Below, one piece after another: positions 29,301 through 43,200 of a stretch of DNA of 64,000 nt. The DNA comes from the human T2T-CHM13v2.0 reference genome, Homo sapiens, in assembly GCF_009914755.1 (NCBI RefSeq), contig NC_060925.1; one strand, 5' to 3'. The notes beneath the pieces are model-generated. The model had not been told where the DNA came from and did not search any database. It saw nothing but the letters and a program-made list of their open reading frames with translations. Within the stretch, counting starts at the first letter, position 1; each line of letters starts with the position of its first letter. Both the position numbers and the translations under genes were made by a program.

Positions 29301-32300
29301 ATCGAATGGACTCGAATGGAATAATCATTGAACGGAATCGAATGGAATCATCATCGGATGGAAATGAATGGAATCATCATCGAATGGAATCGAATAGAAT
29401 TATGGAATGAAATCCAGTGTGATCATCATCGAATGGACCCGAATGGAATCATCATCCAACGGACGCTAATGGAATCAACATCGAATGAATCAAATGGAAA
29501 CACCATCGAATTGAAACGAATGGAATTATCATGAAATTGAAATGGATGGACTCATCATCGAATGGATTCGAATCGAATCATCGAATAAAATTGATTGAAA
29601 TCATCATCAAATGGAATCGAATGGTATCATTGAATGGAATCGAATGGAATCATCATCAGATGGAAATGAATGGAATCGTCATAGAATGGAATCGAATGGA
29701 TTCATTGAATGGAATCAGATGGAATCATCGAATGGACTGGAATGGAATCATTGAATGGACTCGAAAGGGATCATTATTGAATGGAATTGAATGGAATCAT
29801 CGAATGGTCTCGATTGGAATCATTACCAAATGGAATCGAATGGAATCACCGAATAGAATCGAATGGAACAATCATCGAATGGACTCAAATGGAATTATCC
29901 TCAAATGGAATCGAATGGAATTATCAAATGCAATCGAATGGAATTATCGAATGCAATCGAATAGAATCATCGAAAGGACTCGAATGGAATCATCGAATGG
30001 AATGGAATGGAACAGTCAATGAACTCGAATGGAATCATCATTGAATGGAATCGAATGGAATCATCGAGTGGAATCGAATGGAATTATGATCAAATGGAAT
30101 CGAATGTAATCATCATCAAATGGAATCAAAAATAACCATCATCAATTGGTATTGAATGGAATTGTCATCAAATGGAATTCAAAGGAATCATCATCAAATG
30201 GAACCGAATGGAATCCTCATTGAATGGAAATGAAAGGGGTCATCATCTAATGGAATCGCATGGAATCATCATCAAATGGAATCAAATGGAATCATCATCA
30301 AATGGAATCTAATGGAATCATTGAACAGAATTGAATGGAATCGTCATCGAATGAATTGAATGCAATCATCGAATGGTCTCGAATGGAATCATCTTCTAAT
30401 GGAAAGGAATGGAATCATCGCATAGAATCGAATGGAATTATCATCGAATGGAATCGAATGGTATCAACACCAAACGGAAAAAAACGGAATTATCGAATGG
30501 AATCGAAGAGAATCTTCGAACGGACCCGAATGGAATCATCTAATGGAATGGAATGGAATAATCCATGGACTCGAATGCAATCATCATCGAATGGAATCGA
30601 ATGGAATCATCGAATGGACTCGAATGGAATAATCATTGAACGGAATCGAATGGAATCATCATCGGATGGAAACGAATGGAATCATCATCGAATGGAAATG
30701 AAAGGAGTCATCATCTAATGGAATTGCATGGAATCATCATAAAATGGAATCGAATGGAATCAACATCAAATGGAATCAAATGGAATCATTGAACGGAATT
30801 GAATGGAATCGTCAACGAATGAATTGACTGCAATCATCGAATGGTCTCGAATGGAATCATCTTCAAATGGAATGGAATGGAATCATCGCATAGAATCGAA
30901 TGGAATTATCATCGAATGGAATCGAATGGAATCAACATCAAACGGAAAAAAACGGAATTATCGTATGGAATCTAAGAGAATCATCGAATGGACCCGAATG
31001 GAATCATCTAATGGAATGGAATGGAATAATCCATGGACTCGAATGCAATCATCATCGAATGGAATCGAATGGAATCATCGAATGGACTCGAATGGAATAA
31101 TCATTGAACGGAATAGAATGGAATCATCATCGGATTGAAATGAATGGAATCATCATCGAATGGAATCGAATAGAATTATGGAATGAAATCCAGTGTGATC
31201 ATCATCGAATGGACCCGAATGGAATCATCATCCAACGGAAGCTAATGGAATCAACATCGAATGAATCGAATGGAAACACCATCGAATTGAAATGAATGGA
31301 ATTATCATGAAATTGAAATGGATGGACACATCATCGAATGGATTCGAATGGAATCATCGAATAAAATTGATTGAAATCATCATCAAATGGAATCGAATGG
31401 TATCATTGAATGGAATCGAATGGAATCATCATCAGATGGAAATGAATGGAATCGTCATAGAATGGAATCGAATGGATTCATTGAATGGAATCAGATGGAA
31501 TCATCGAATGGACTGGAATGGAATCATTGAATGGACTCGAGAGGGATCATTATTGAATGGAATTGAATGGAATCATCGAATGTTCTCGATTGGAATCATT
31601 ATCAAATGGAATCGAATGGAATCACCGAATAGAATCGAATGGAACAATCATTGAATGGACTCAAATGGAATTATCCTCAAATGGAATCGAATGGAATTAT
31701 CGAATGCAATCGAATGGAATTATCGAATGCAATCGAATAGAATCATCGAATGGACTCGAATGGAATCATCGAATGGAATGGAATGGAACAGTCAATGAAC
31801 TCGAATGGAATCATCATTGAATGGAATCGAATGGAATCATCGAGTGGAATCGAATGGAAATATGATCAAATGGAATCGAATGTAATCCTCATCAAATGGA
31901 ATCAAAAATAACCATCATCAATTGGTATTGAATGGAATTGTCATCAAATGGAATTCAAAGGAATCATCATCAAATGGAACCGAATGGAATCCTCATTGAA
32001 TGGAAATGAAAGGGGTCATCATCTAATGGAATCGCATGGAATCATCATCAAATGGAATCGAATGGAATCATCATCAAATGGAATCTAATGGAATCATTGA
32101 ACAGAATTGAATGGAATCGTCATCGAATGAATTGAATGCAATCATCGAATGGTCTCGAATGGAATCATCTTCTAATGGAAAGGAATGGAATCATCGCATA
32201 GAATCGAATGGAATTATCATCGAATGGAATCGAATGGTATCAACACCAAACGGAAAAAAACGGAATTATCGAATGGTATCGAAGAGAATCTTCGAACGGA

Positions 32301-33726
32301 CCCGAATGGAATCATCTAATGGAATGGAATGGAATAATCCATGGACTCGAATGCAATCATCATCGAATGGAATCGAATGGAATCATCGAATGGACTCGAA
32401 TGGAATAATCATTGAACGGAATCAAATGGAATCATCATCGGATGGAAACGAATGGAATCATCATCGAATGGAAATGAAAGGAGTCATCATCTAATGGAAT
32501 TGCATGGAATCATCATAAAATGGAATCGAATGGAATCAACATCAAATGGAATCAAATGGAATCATTGAACGGAATTGAATGGAATCGTCATCGAATGAAT
32601 TGACTGCAATCATCGAATGGTCTCGAATGGAATCATCTTCAAATGGAATGGAATGGAATCATCGCATAGAATCGAATGGAATTATCATCGAATGGAATCG
32701 AATGGAATCAACGTCAAACGGAAAAAAACGGAATTATCGAATGGAATCGAAGAGAATCATCGAATGGACCCGAATGGAATCATCTAATGGAATGGAATGG
32801 AATAATCCATGGACTCGAATGCAATCATCATCGAATGGAATCGAATGGAATCATCGAATGGACTCGAATGGAATAATCATTGAACGGAATCGAATGGAAT
32901 CATCATCGGATGGAAATGAATGGAATCATCATCGAATGGAATCGAATATAATTATGGAATGAAATCCAGTGTGATCATCATCGAATGGACCCGAATGGAA
33001 TCATCATCCAACGGAAGCTAATGGAATCAACATCGAATGAATCGAATGGAAACACCATCGAATTGAAACGAATGGAATTATCATGAAATTGAAATGGATG
33101 GACTCATCATCGAATGGATTCGAATGGAATCATCGAATAAAATTGATTGAAATCATCATCCAATGGAATCGAATGGTATCATTGAATGGAATCGAATGGA
33201 ATCATCATCAGATGGAAATGAATGGAATCGTCATAGAATGGAATCGAATGGATTCATTGAATGGAATCAGAAGGAATCATCGAATGGACTGGAATGGAAT
33301 CATTGAATGGACTCGAAAGGGATCATTATTGAATGGAATTGAATGGAATCATCGAATGGTCTCGATTGGAATCATTATCAAATGGAATCGAATGGAATCA
33401 CCGAATAGAATCGAATGGAACAATCATCGAATGGACTCAAATGGAATTATCCTCCAATGGAATCGAATGGAATTATCGAATGCAATCGAATGGAATTATC
33501 GAATGCAATCGAATAGAATCATCGAATGGACTCGAATGGAATCATCGAATGGAATGGAATGGAACAGTCAATGAACTCGAATGGAATCATCATTGAATGG
33601 AATCGAATGGAATCATCGAGTGGAATCGAATGGAATTATGATCAAATGGAATCGAATGTAAACATCATCAAATGGAATCAAAAATAACCATCATCAATTG
33701 GTATTGAATGGAATTGTCATCAAATG

Positions 33727-35493
33727 GAATTCAAAGGAATCATCATCAAATGGAACCGAATGGAATCCTCATTGAATGGAAATGAAAGGGGTCATCATCT
33801 AATGGAATCGCATGGAATCATCATCAAATGGAATCGAATGGAATCATCATCAAATGGAATCTAATGGAATCATTGAACAGAATTGAATGGAATCGTCATC
33901 GAATGAATTGAATGCAATCATCGAATGGTCTCGAATGGAATCATCTTCTAATGGAAAGGAATGGAATCATCGCATAGAATCGAATGGAATTATCATCGAA
34001 TGGAATCGAATGGTATCAACACCAAACGGAAAAAAACGGAATTATCGAATGGAATCGAAGAGAATCTTCGAACGGACCCGAATGGAATCATCTAATGGAA
34101 TGGAATGGAATAATCCATGGACTCGAATGCAATCATCATCGAATGGAATCGAATGGAATCATCGAATGGACTCGAATGGAATAATCATTGAACGGAATCA
34201 AATGGAATCATCATCGGATGGAAACGAATGGAATCATCATCGAATGGAAATGAAAGGAGTCATCATCTAATGGAATTGCATGGAATCATCATAAAATGGA
34301 ATCGAATGGAATCAACATCAAATGGAATCAAATGGAATCATTGAACGGAATTGAATGGAATCGTCATCGAATGAATTGACTGCAATCATCCAATGGTCTC
34401 GAATGGAATCATATTCAAATGGAATGGAATGGAATCATCGCATAGAATCGAATGGAATTATCATCGAATGGAATCGAATGGAATCAACATAAAACGGAAA
34501 AAAACAGAATTATCGTATGGAATCGAAGAGAATCATCGAATGGACCCGAATGGAATCATCTAATGGAATGGAATGGAATAATCCATGGACTCGAATGCAA
34601 TCATCATCGAATGGAATCGAATGGAATCATCGAATGGACTCGAATGGAATAATCATTGAACGGAATCGAATGGAATCATCATCGGATGGAAATGAATGGA
34701 ATCATCATCGAATGGAATCGAATAGAATTATGGAATGAAATCCAGTGTGATCATCATCGAATGGACCCGAATGGAATCATCATCCAACGGAAGCTAATGG
34801 AATCAACATCGAATGAATCGAATGGAAACACCATCGAATTGAAACGAATGGAATTATCATGAAATTGAAATGGATGGACTCATCATCGAATGGATTCGAA
34901 TGGATAAAATTGATTGAAATCATCATCAAATGGAATCGAATGGTATCATTGAATGGAATCGAATGGAATCATCATCAGATGGAAATGAATGGAATCGTCA
35001 TAGAATGGAATCGAATGGATTCATTGAATGGAATCAGATGGAATCATCGAATGGACTGGAATGGAATCATTGAATGGACTCGAAAGGGATCATTATTGAA
35101 TGGAATTGAATGGAATCATCGAATGGTCTCGATTGGAATCATTATCAAATGGAATCGAATGGAATCACCGAACAGAATCGAATGGAACAATCATCGAATG
35201 GACTCAAATGGAATTATCCTCAAATGGAATCGAATGGAATTATCGAATGCAATCGAATGGAATTATCGAATGCAATCGAATAGAATCATCGAAAGGACTC
35301 GAATGGAATCATCGAATGGAATGGAATGGAACAGTCAATGAACTCGAATGGAATCATCATTGAATGGAATCGAATGGAATCATCGAGTGGAATTGAATGG
35401 AATTATGATCAAATGGAATCGAATGTAATCATCATCAAATGGAATCAAAAATAACCATCATCAATTGGTATTGAATGGAATTGTCATCAAATG
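33727..35493 (+). repeat. 1,767-bp variant unit (9-bp deletion near 34903)
   Basis: It reads TTCGAATGGATAAAATTG versus consensus TTCGAATGGAATCATCGAATAAAATTG. The ORF is 160 aa instead of 163 aa. Confidence 0.92.
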
Positions 35494-37207
35494 GAATTCA
35501 AAGGAATCATCATCAAATGGAACCGAATGCAATCCTCATTGAATGGAAATGAAAGGGGTCATCATCTAATGGAATCGCATGGAATCATCATCAAATGGAA
35601 TCGAATGGAATCATCATCAAATGGTATCTAATGGAATCATTGAACAGAATTGAATGGAATCGTCATCGAATGAATTGAATGCAATCATCGAATGGTCTCG
35701 AATGGAATCATCTTCTAATGGAAAGGAATGGAATCATCGCATAGAATCGAATGGAATTATCATCGAATGGAATCGAATGGTATCAACACCAAACGGAAAA
35801 AAATGGAATTATCGAATGGAATCGAAGAGAATCTTCGAACGGACCCGAATGGAATCATCTAATGGAATGGAATGGAATAATCCATGGACTCGAATGCAAT
35901 CATCATCGAATGGAATCGAATGGAATCATCGAATGGACTCGAATGGAATAATCATTGAACGGAATCGAATGGAATCATCATCGGATGGAAACGAATGGAA
36001 TCATCATCGAATGGAAATGAAAGGAGTCATCATCTAATGGAATTGCATGGAATCATCATAAAATGGAATCGAATGGAATCAACATCAAATGGAATCAAAT
36101 GGAATCATTGAACGGAATTGAATGGAATCGTCATCGAATGAATTGACTGCAATCATCGAATGGTCTCGAATGGAATCATCTTCAAATGGAATGGAATGGA
36201 ATCATCGCATAGAATCGAATGGAATTATCATCGAATGGAATCGAATGGAATCAACATCAAACGGAAAAAAACGGAATTATCGAATGGAATCGAAGAGAAT
36301 CATCGAATGGACCCGAATGGAATCATCTAATGGAATGGAATGGAATAATCCATGGACTCGAATGCAATCATCATCGAATGGAATCGAATGGAATCATCGA
36401 ATGGACTCGAATGGAATAATCATTGAACGGAATCGAATGGAATCATCATCGGATGGAAATGAATGGAATCATCATCGAATGGAATCGAATAGAATTATGG
36501 AATGAAATCCAGTGTGATCATCATCGAATGGACCCGAATGGAATCATCATCCAACGGAAGCTAATGGAATCAACATCGAATGAATCGAATGGAAACACCA
36601 TCGAATTGAAACGAATGGAATTATCATGAAATTGAAATGGATGGACTCATCATCGAATGGATTCGAATGGAATCATCGAATAAAATTGATTGAAATCATC
36701 ATCCAATGGAATCGAATGGTATCATTGAATGGAATCGAATGGAATCATCATCAGATGGAAATGAATGGAATCGTTATAGAATGGAATCGAATGGATTCAT
36801 TGAATGGAATCAGATGGAATCATCGAATGGACTGGAATGGAATCATTGAATGGACTCGAAAGGGATCATTATTGAATGGAATTGAATGGAATCATCGAAT
36901 GGTCTCGATTGGAATCATTATCAAATGGAATCGAATGGAATCACCGAATAGAATCGAATGGAACAATCATCGAATGGGCTCAAATGGAATTATCCTCCAA
37001 TGGAATCGAATGGAATTATCGAATGCAATCGAATGGAATTATCGAATGCAATCGAATAGAATCATCGAATGGACTCGAATGGAATCATCGAATGGAATGG
37101 AATGGAACAGTCAATGAACTCGAATGGAATCATCATTGAATGGAATCGAATGGAATCATCGAGTGGAATCGAATGGAATTATGATCAAATGGAATCGAAT
37201 GTAATCA

Positions 37208-40200
37208 TCATCAAATGGAATCAAAAATAACCATCATCAATTGGTATTGAATGGAATTGTCATCAAATGGAATTCAAAGGAATCATCATCAAATGGAACC
37301 GAATGGAATCCTCATTGAATGGAAATGAAAGGGGTCATCATCTAATGGAATCGCATGGAATCATCATCAAATGGAATCGAATGGAATCATCATCAAATGG
37401 AATCTAATGGAATCATTGAACAGAATTGAATGGAATCGTCATCGAATGAATTGAATGCAATCATCGAATGGTCTCGAATGGAATCATCTTCTAATGGAAA
37501 GGAATGGAATCATCGCATAGAATCGAATGGAATTATCATCGAATGGAATCAAATGGTATCAACACCAAACGGAAAAAAACGGAATTATCGAATGGAATCG
37601 AAGAGAATCTTCGAACGGACCCGAATGGAATCATCTAATGGAATGGAATGGAATAATCCATGGACTCGAATGCAATCATCATCGAATGGAATCGAATGGA
37701 ATCATCGAATGGACTTGAATGGAATAATCATTGAACGGAATCGATTGGAATCATCATCGGATGGAAACGAATGGAATCATCATCGAATGGAAATGAAAGG
37801 AGTCATCATCTAATGGAATTGCATGGAATCATCATAAAATGGAATCGAATGGAATCAACATCAAATGGAATCAAATGGAATCATTGAACGGAATTGAATG
37901 GAATCGTCATCGAATGAATTGACTGCAATCATCCAATGGTCTCGAATGGAATCATCTTCAAGTGGAATGGAATGGAATCATCGCATAGAATCGAATGGAA
38001 TTATCATCGAATGGAATCGAATGGAATCAACATCCAACGGAAAAAAACGGAATTATCGAATGGAATCGAAGAGAATCATCGAATGGACCCGAATGGAATC
38101 ATCTAATGGAATGGAATGGAATAATCCATGGACTCGAATGCAATCATCATCGAATGGAATCGAATGGAATCATCGAATGGACTCGAATGGTATAATCATT
38201 GAACGGAATCGAATGGAATCATCATCGGATGGAAATGAATGGAATCATCATCGAATGGAATCGAATAGAATTATGGAATGAAATCCAGTGTGATCATCAT
38301 CGAATGGACCCGAATGGAATCATCATCCAACGGAAGCTAATGGAATCAACATCGAATGAATCAAATGGAAACACCATCGAATTGAAACGAATGGAATTAT
38401 CATGAAATTGAAATGGATGGACTCATCATCGAATGGATTCGAATGGAATCATCGAATAAAATTGATTGAAATCATCATCGAATGGAATCGAATGGTATCA
38501 TTGAATGGAATCGAATGGAATCATCATCAGATGGAAATGAATGGAATCGTCATAGAATGGAATCGAATGGATTCATTGAATGGAATCAGATGGAATCATC
38601 GAATGGACTGGAATGGAATCATTGAATGGACTCGAAAGGGATCATGATTGAATGGAATTGAATGGAATCATCGAATGGTCTCGATTGGAATCATTATCAA
38701 ATGGAATCGAATGGAATCACCGAATAGAATCGAATGGAACAATCATCGAATGGACTCAAATGGAATTATCCTCAAATGGAATCGAATGGAATTATCGAAT
38801 GCAATCGAATGGAATTATCGATTGCAATCGAATAGAATGATCGAATGGACTCGAATGGAATCATCGAATGGAATGGAATGGAACAGTCAATGAACTCGAA
38901 TGGAATCATCATTGAATGGAATCGAATGGAATCATCGAGTGGAATCGAATGGAATTATGATCAAATGGAATCGAATGTAATCATCATCAAATGGAATCAA
39001 AAATAACCATCATCAATTGGTATTGAATGGAATTGTCATCAAATGGAATTCAAAGGAATCATCATCAAATGGAACCGAATGGAATCCTCATTGAATGGAA
39101 ATGAAAGGGGTCATCATCTAATGGAATCGCATGGAATCATCATCTAATGGAATCGAATGGAATCATCATCAAATGGAATCTAATGGAATCATTGAACAGA
39201 ATGGAATGGAATCATCATCGAATGAATTGAATGCAATCATCGAATGGTCTCGAATGGAATCACATTCTAATGGAAAGGAATGGAATCATCGCATAGAATC
39301 GAATGGAATTAACATTGAATGGACTCGAATGGAATCAACATCAAACGGAATCAAGCGGAATTATCGAATGGAATCGAAGAGAATCATCGAATGGTCTCGA
39401 ATGGAATCATCTTCTAATGGAAAGGAATGGAATCATCGCATAGAATCGAATGGAATTAACGTTGAATGGACTCGAATGGAATCAACATCAAATGGAATCA
39501 AGCGGAATTATCGAATGAAATCGAAGAGAATCATCGAAAGGACTCGAAGGGAATCATCTAATGGAATGGAATGGAATAATCCACGGACTCGAATACAATC
39601 ATCATCGTATAGAATCGAATGGAATCATCGAATGGACTCGAATGGAATAACCATTGAACGGAATCGAATGGAATCATCATCGGATGCAAACGAATGGAAT
39701 CATCATCGAATGGAAATGAAAGGAGTCATCATCTAATGGAATTGCATGGAATCATCATAAAATGGAATCGAATGGAATCAACATCAAATGGAATCAAATG
39801 GAATCATTGAACGGAATTTAATGGAATCGTCATCGAATGAATTGACTGCAATCATCGAATGGTCTCGGAATCATCTTCAAATGGAATGGAATGGAATCAT
39901 CGCATAGAATCGAATGGAATTATCATCGAATGGAATCGAATGGAATCAACATCAAACGGAATAAAACGGAATTATCGAATGGAATCGAAGAGAATCATCG
40001 AATGGACCCGAATGGAATCATCTAATGGAATGGAATGGAATAATCCATGGACTCGAATGCAATCATCATCGAATGGAATCGAATGGAATCATCGAATGGA
40101 CTCGAATGGAATAATCATTGAACGGAATCGAATGGAATCATCATCGGATGGAAACGAATGGAATCATCATCGAATGGAATCGAATAGAATTATGGAATGA

Positions 40201-43200
40201 AATCCAGTGTGATCATCATCGAATGGACCCGAATGGAATCATCATCCAACGGAAGCTAATGGAATCAACATCGAATGAATCGAATGGAAACACCATCGAA
40301 TTGAAACGAATGGAATTATCATGAAATTGAAATGGATGGACTCATCATCGAATGGATTCGAATGGAATCATCGAATAAAATTGATTGAAATCATCATCGA
40401 ATGGAATCGAATGGTATCATTGAATGGAATCGAATGGAATCATCATCAGATGGAAATGAATGGAATCGTCATAGAATGGAATCGAATGGATTCATTGAAT
40501 GGAATCAGATGGAATCATCGAATGGACTGGAATGGAATCATTGAATGGACTCGAAAGGGATCATGATTGAATGGAATTGAATGGAATCATCGAATGGTCT
40601 CGATTGGAATCATTATCAAATGGAATCGAATGGAATCACCGAATAGAATCGAATGGAACAATCATCGAATGGACTCAAATGGAATTATCCTCAAATGGAA
40701 TCGAATGGAATTATCGAATGCAATCGAATGGAATTATCGAATGCAATCGAATAGAATCATCGAATGGACTCGAATGGAATCATCGAATGGAATGGAATGG
40801 AACAGTCAATGAACGCGAATGGAATCATCATTGAATGGAATCGAATGGAATCATCGAGTGGAATCGAATGGAATTATGATCAAATGGAATTGAATGTAAT
40901 CCTCATCAAATGGAATCAAAAATAACCATCATCAATTGGTATTGAATGGAATTGTCATCAAATGGAATTCAAAGGAATCATCATCAAATGGAACCGAATG
41001 GAATCCTCATTGAATGGAAATGAAAGGGGTCATCATCTAATGGAATCGCATGGAATCATCATCAAATGGAATCGAATGGAATCATCATCAAATGGAATCT
41101 AATGGAATCATTGAACAGAATTGAATGGAATCGTCATCGAATGAATTGAATGCAATCATCGAATGGTCTCGAATGGAATCATCTTCTAATGGAAAGGAAT
41201 GGAATCATCGCATAGAATCGAATGGAATTATCATCGAATGGAATCAAATGGTATCAACACCAAACGGAAAAAAACGGAATTATCGAATGGAATCGAAGAG
41301 AATCTTCGAACGGACCCGAATGGAATCATCTAATGGAATGGAATGGAATAATCCATGGACTCGAATGCAATCATCATCGAATGGAATCGAATGGAATCAT
41401 CGAATGGACTTGAATGGAATAATCATTGAACGGAATCGATTGGAATCATCATCGGATGGAAACGAATGGAATCATCATCGAATGGAAATGAAAGGAGTCA
41501 TCATCTAATGGAATTGCATGGAATCATCATAAAATGGAATCGAATGGAATCAACATCAAATGGAATCAAATGGAATCATTGAACGGAATTGAATGGAATC
41601 GTCATCGAATGAATTGACTGCAATCATCCAATGGTCTCGAATGGAATCATCTTCAAGTGGAATGGAATGGAATCATCGCATAGAATCGAATGGAATTATC
41701 ATCGAATGGAATCGAATGGAATCAACATCCAACGGAAAAAAACGGAATTATCGAATGGAATCGAAGAGAATCATCGAATGGACCCGAATGGAATCATCTA
41801 ATGGAATGGAATGGAATAATCCATGGACTCGAATGCAATCATCATCGAATGGAATCGAATGGAATCATCGAATGGACTCGAATGGTATAATCATTGAACG
41901 GAATCGAATGGAATCATCATCGGATGGAAATGAATGGAATCATCATCGAATGGAATCGAATAGAATTATGGAATGAAATCCAGTGTGATCATCATCGAAT
42001 GGACCCGAATGGAATCATCATCCAACGGAAGCTAATGGAATCAACATCGAATGAATCAAATGGAAACACCATCGAATTGAAACGAATGGAATTATCATGA
42101 AATTGAAATGGATGGACTCATCATCGAATGGATTCGAATGGAATCATCGAATAAAATTGATTGAAATCATCATCGAATGGAATCGAATGGTATCATTGAA
42201 TGGAATCGAATGGAATCATCATCAGATGGAAATGAATGGAATCGTCATAGAATGGAATCGAATGGATTCATTGAATGGAATCAGATGGAATCATCGAATG
42301 GACTGGAATGGAATCATTGAATGGACTCGAAAGGGATCATGATTGAATGGAATTGAATGGAATCATCGAATGGTCTCGATTGGAATCATTATCAAATGGA
42401 ATCGAATGGAATCACCGAATAGAATCGAATGGAACAATCATCGAATGGACTCAAATGGAATTATCCTCAAATGGAATCGAATGGAATTATCGAATGCAAT
42501 CGAATGGAATTATCGATTGCAATCGAATAGAATGATCGAATGGACTCGAATGGAATCATCGAATGGAATGGAATGGAACAGTCAATGAACTCGAATGGAA
42601 TCATCATTGAATGGAATCGAATGGAATCATCGAGTGGAATCGAATGGAATTATGATCAAATGGAATCGAATGTAATCATCATCAAATGGAATCAAAAATA
42701 ACCATCATCAATTGGTATTGAATGGAATTGTCATCAAATGGAATTCAAAGGAATCATCATCAAATGGAACCGAATGGAATCCTCATTGAATGGAAATGAA
42801 AGGGGTCATCATCTAATGGAATCGCATGGAATCATCATCTAATGGAATCGAATGGAATCATCATCAAATGGAATCTAATGGAATCATTGAACAGAATGGA
42901 ATGGAATCATCATCGAATGAATTGAATGCAATCATCGAATGGTCTCGAATGGAATCACATTCTAATGGAAAGGAATGGAATCATCGCATAGAATCGAATG
43001 GAATTAACATTGAATGGACTCGAATGGAATCAACATCAAACGGAATCAAGCGGAATTATCGAATGGAATCGAAGAGAATCATCGAATGGTCTCGAATGGA
43101 ATCATCTTCTAATGGAAAGGAATGGAATCATCGCATAGAATCGAATGGAATTAACGTTGAATGGACTCGAATGGAATCAACATCAAATGGAATCAAGCGG

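Noticed and set aside
39235-39528. 147-bp duplication equals nucleosome core DNA length
   Set aside because: The length is fully explained as 3x23+3x26-bp monomers, so the match is probably coincidental.
39131-39736. Longest ORF, 201 aa (second copy at 42826-43431)
   Set aside because: It is explained by loss of a TGA at about 39203 and the 147-bp duplication being a multiple of 3. There is no evidence of coding function.
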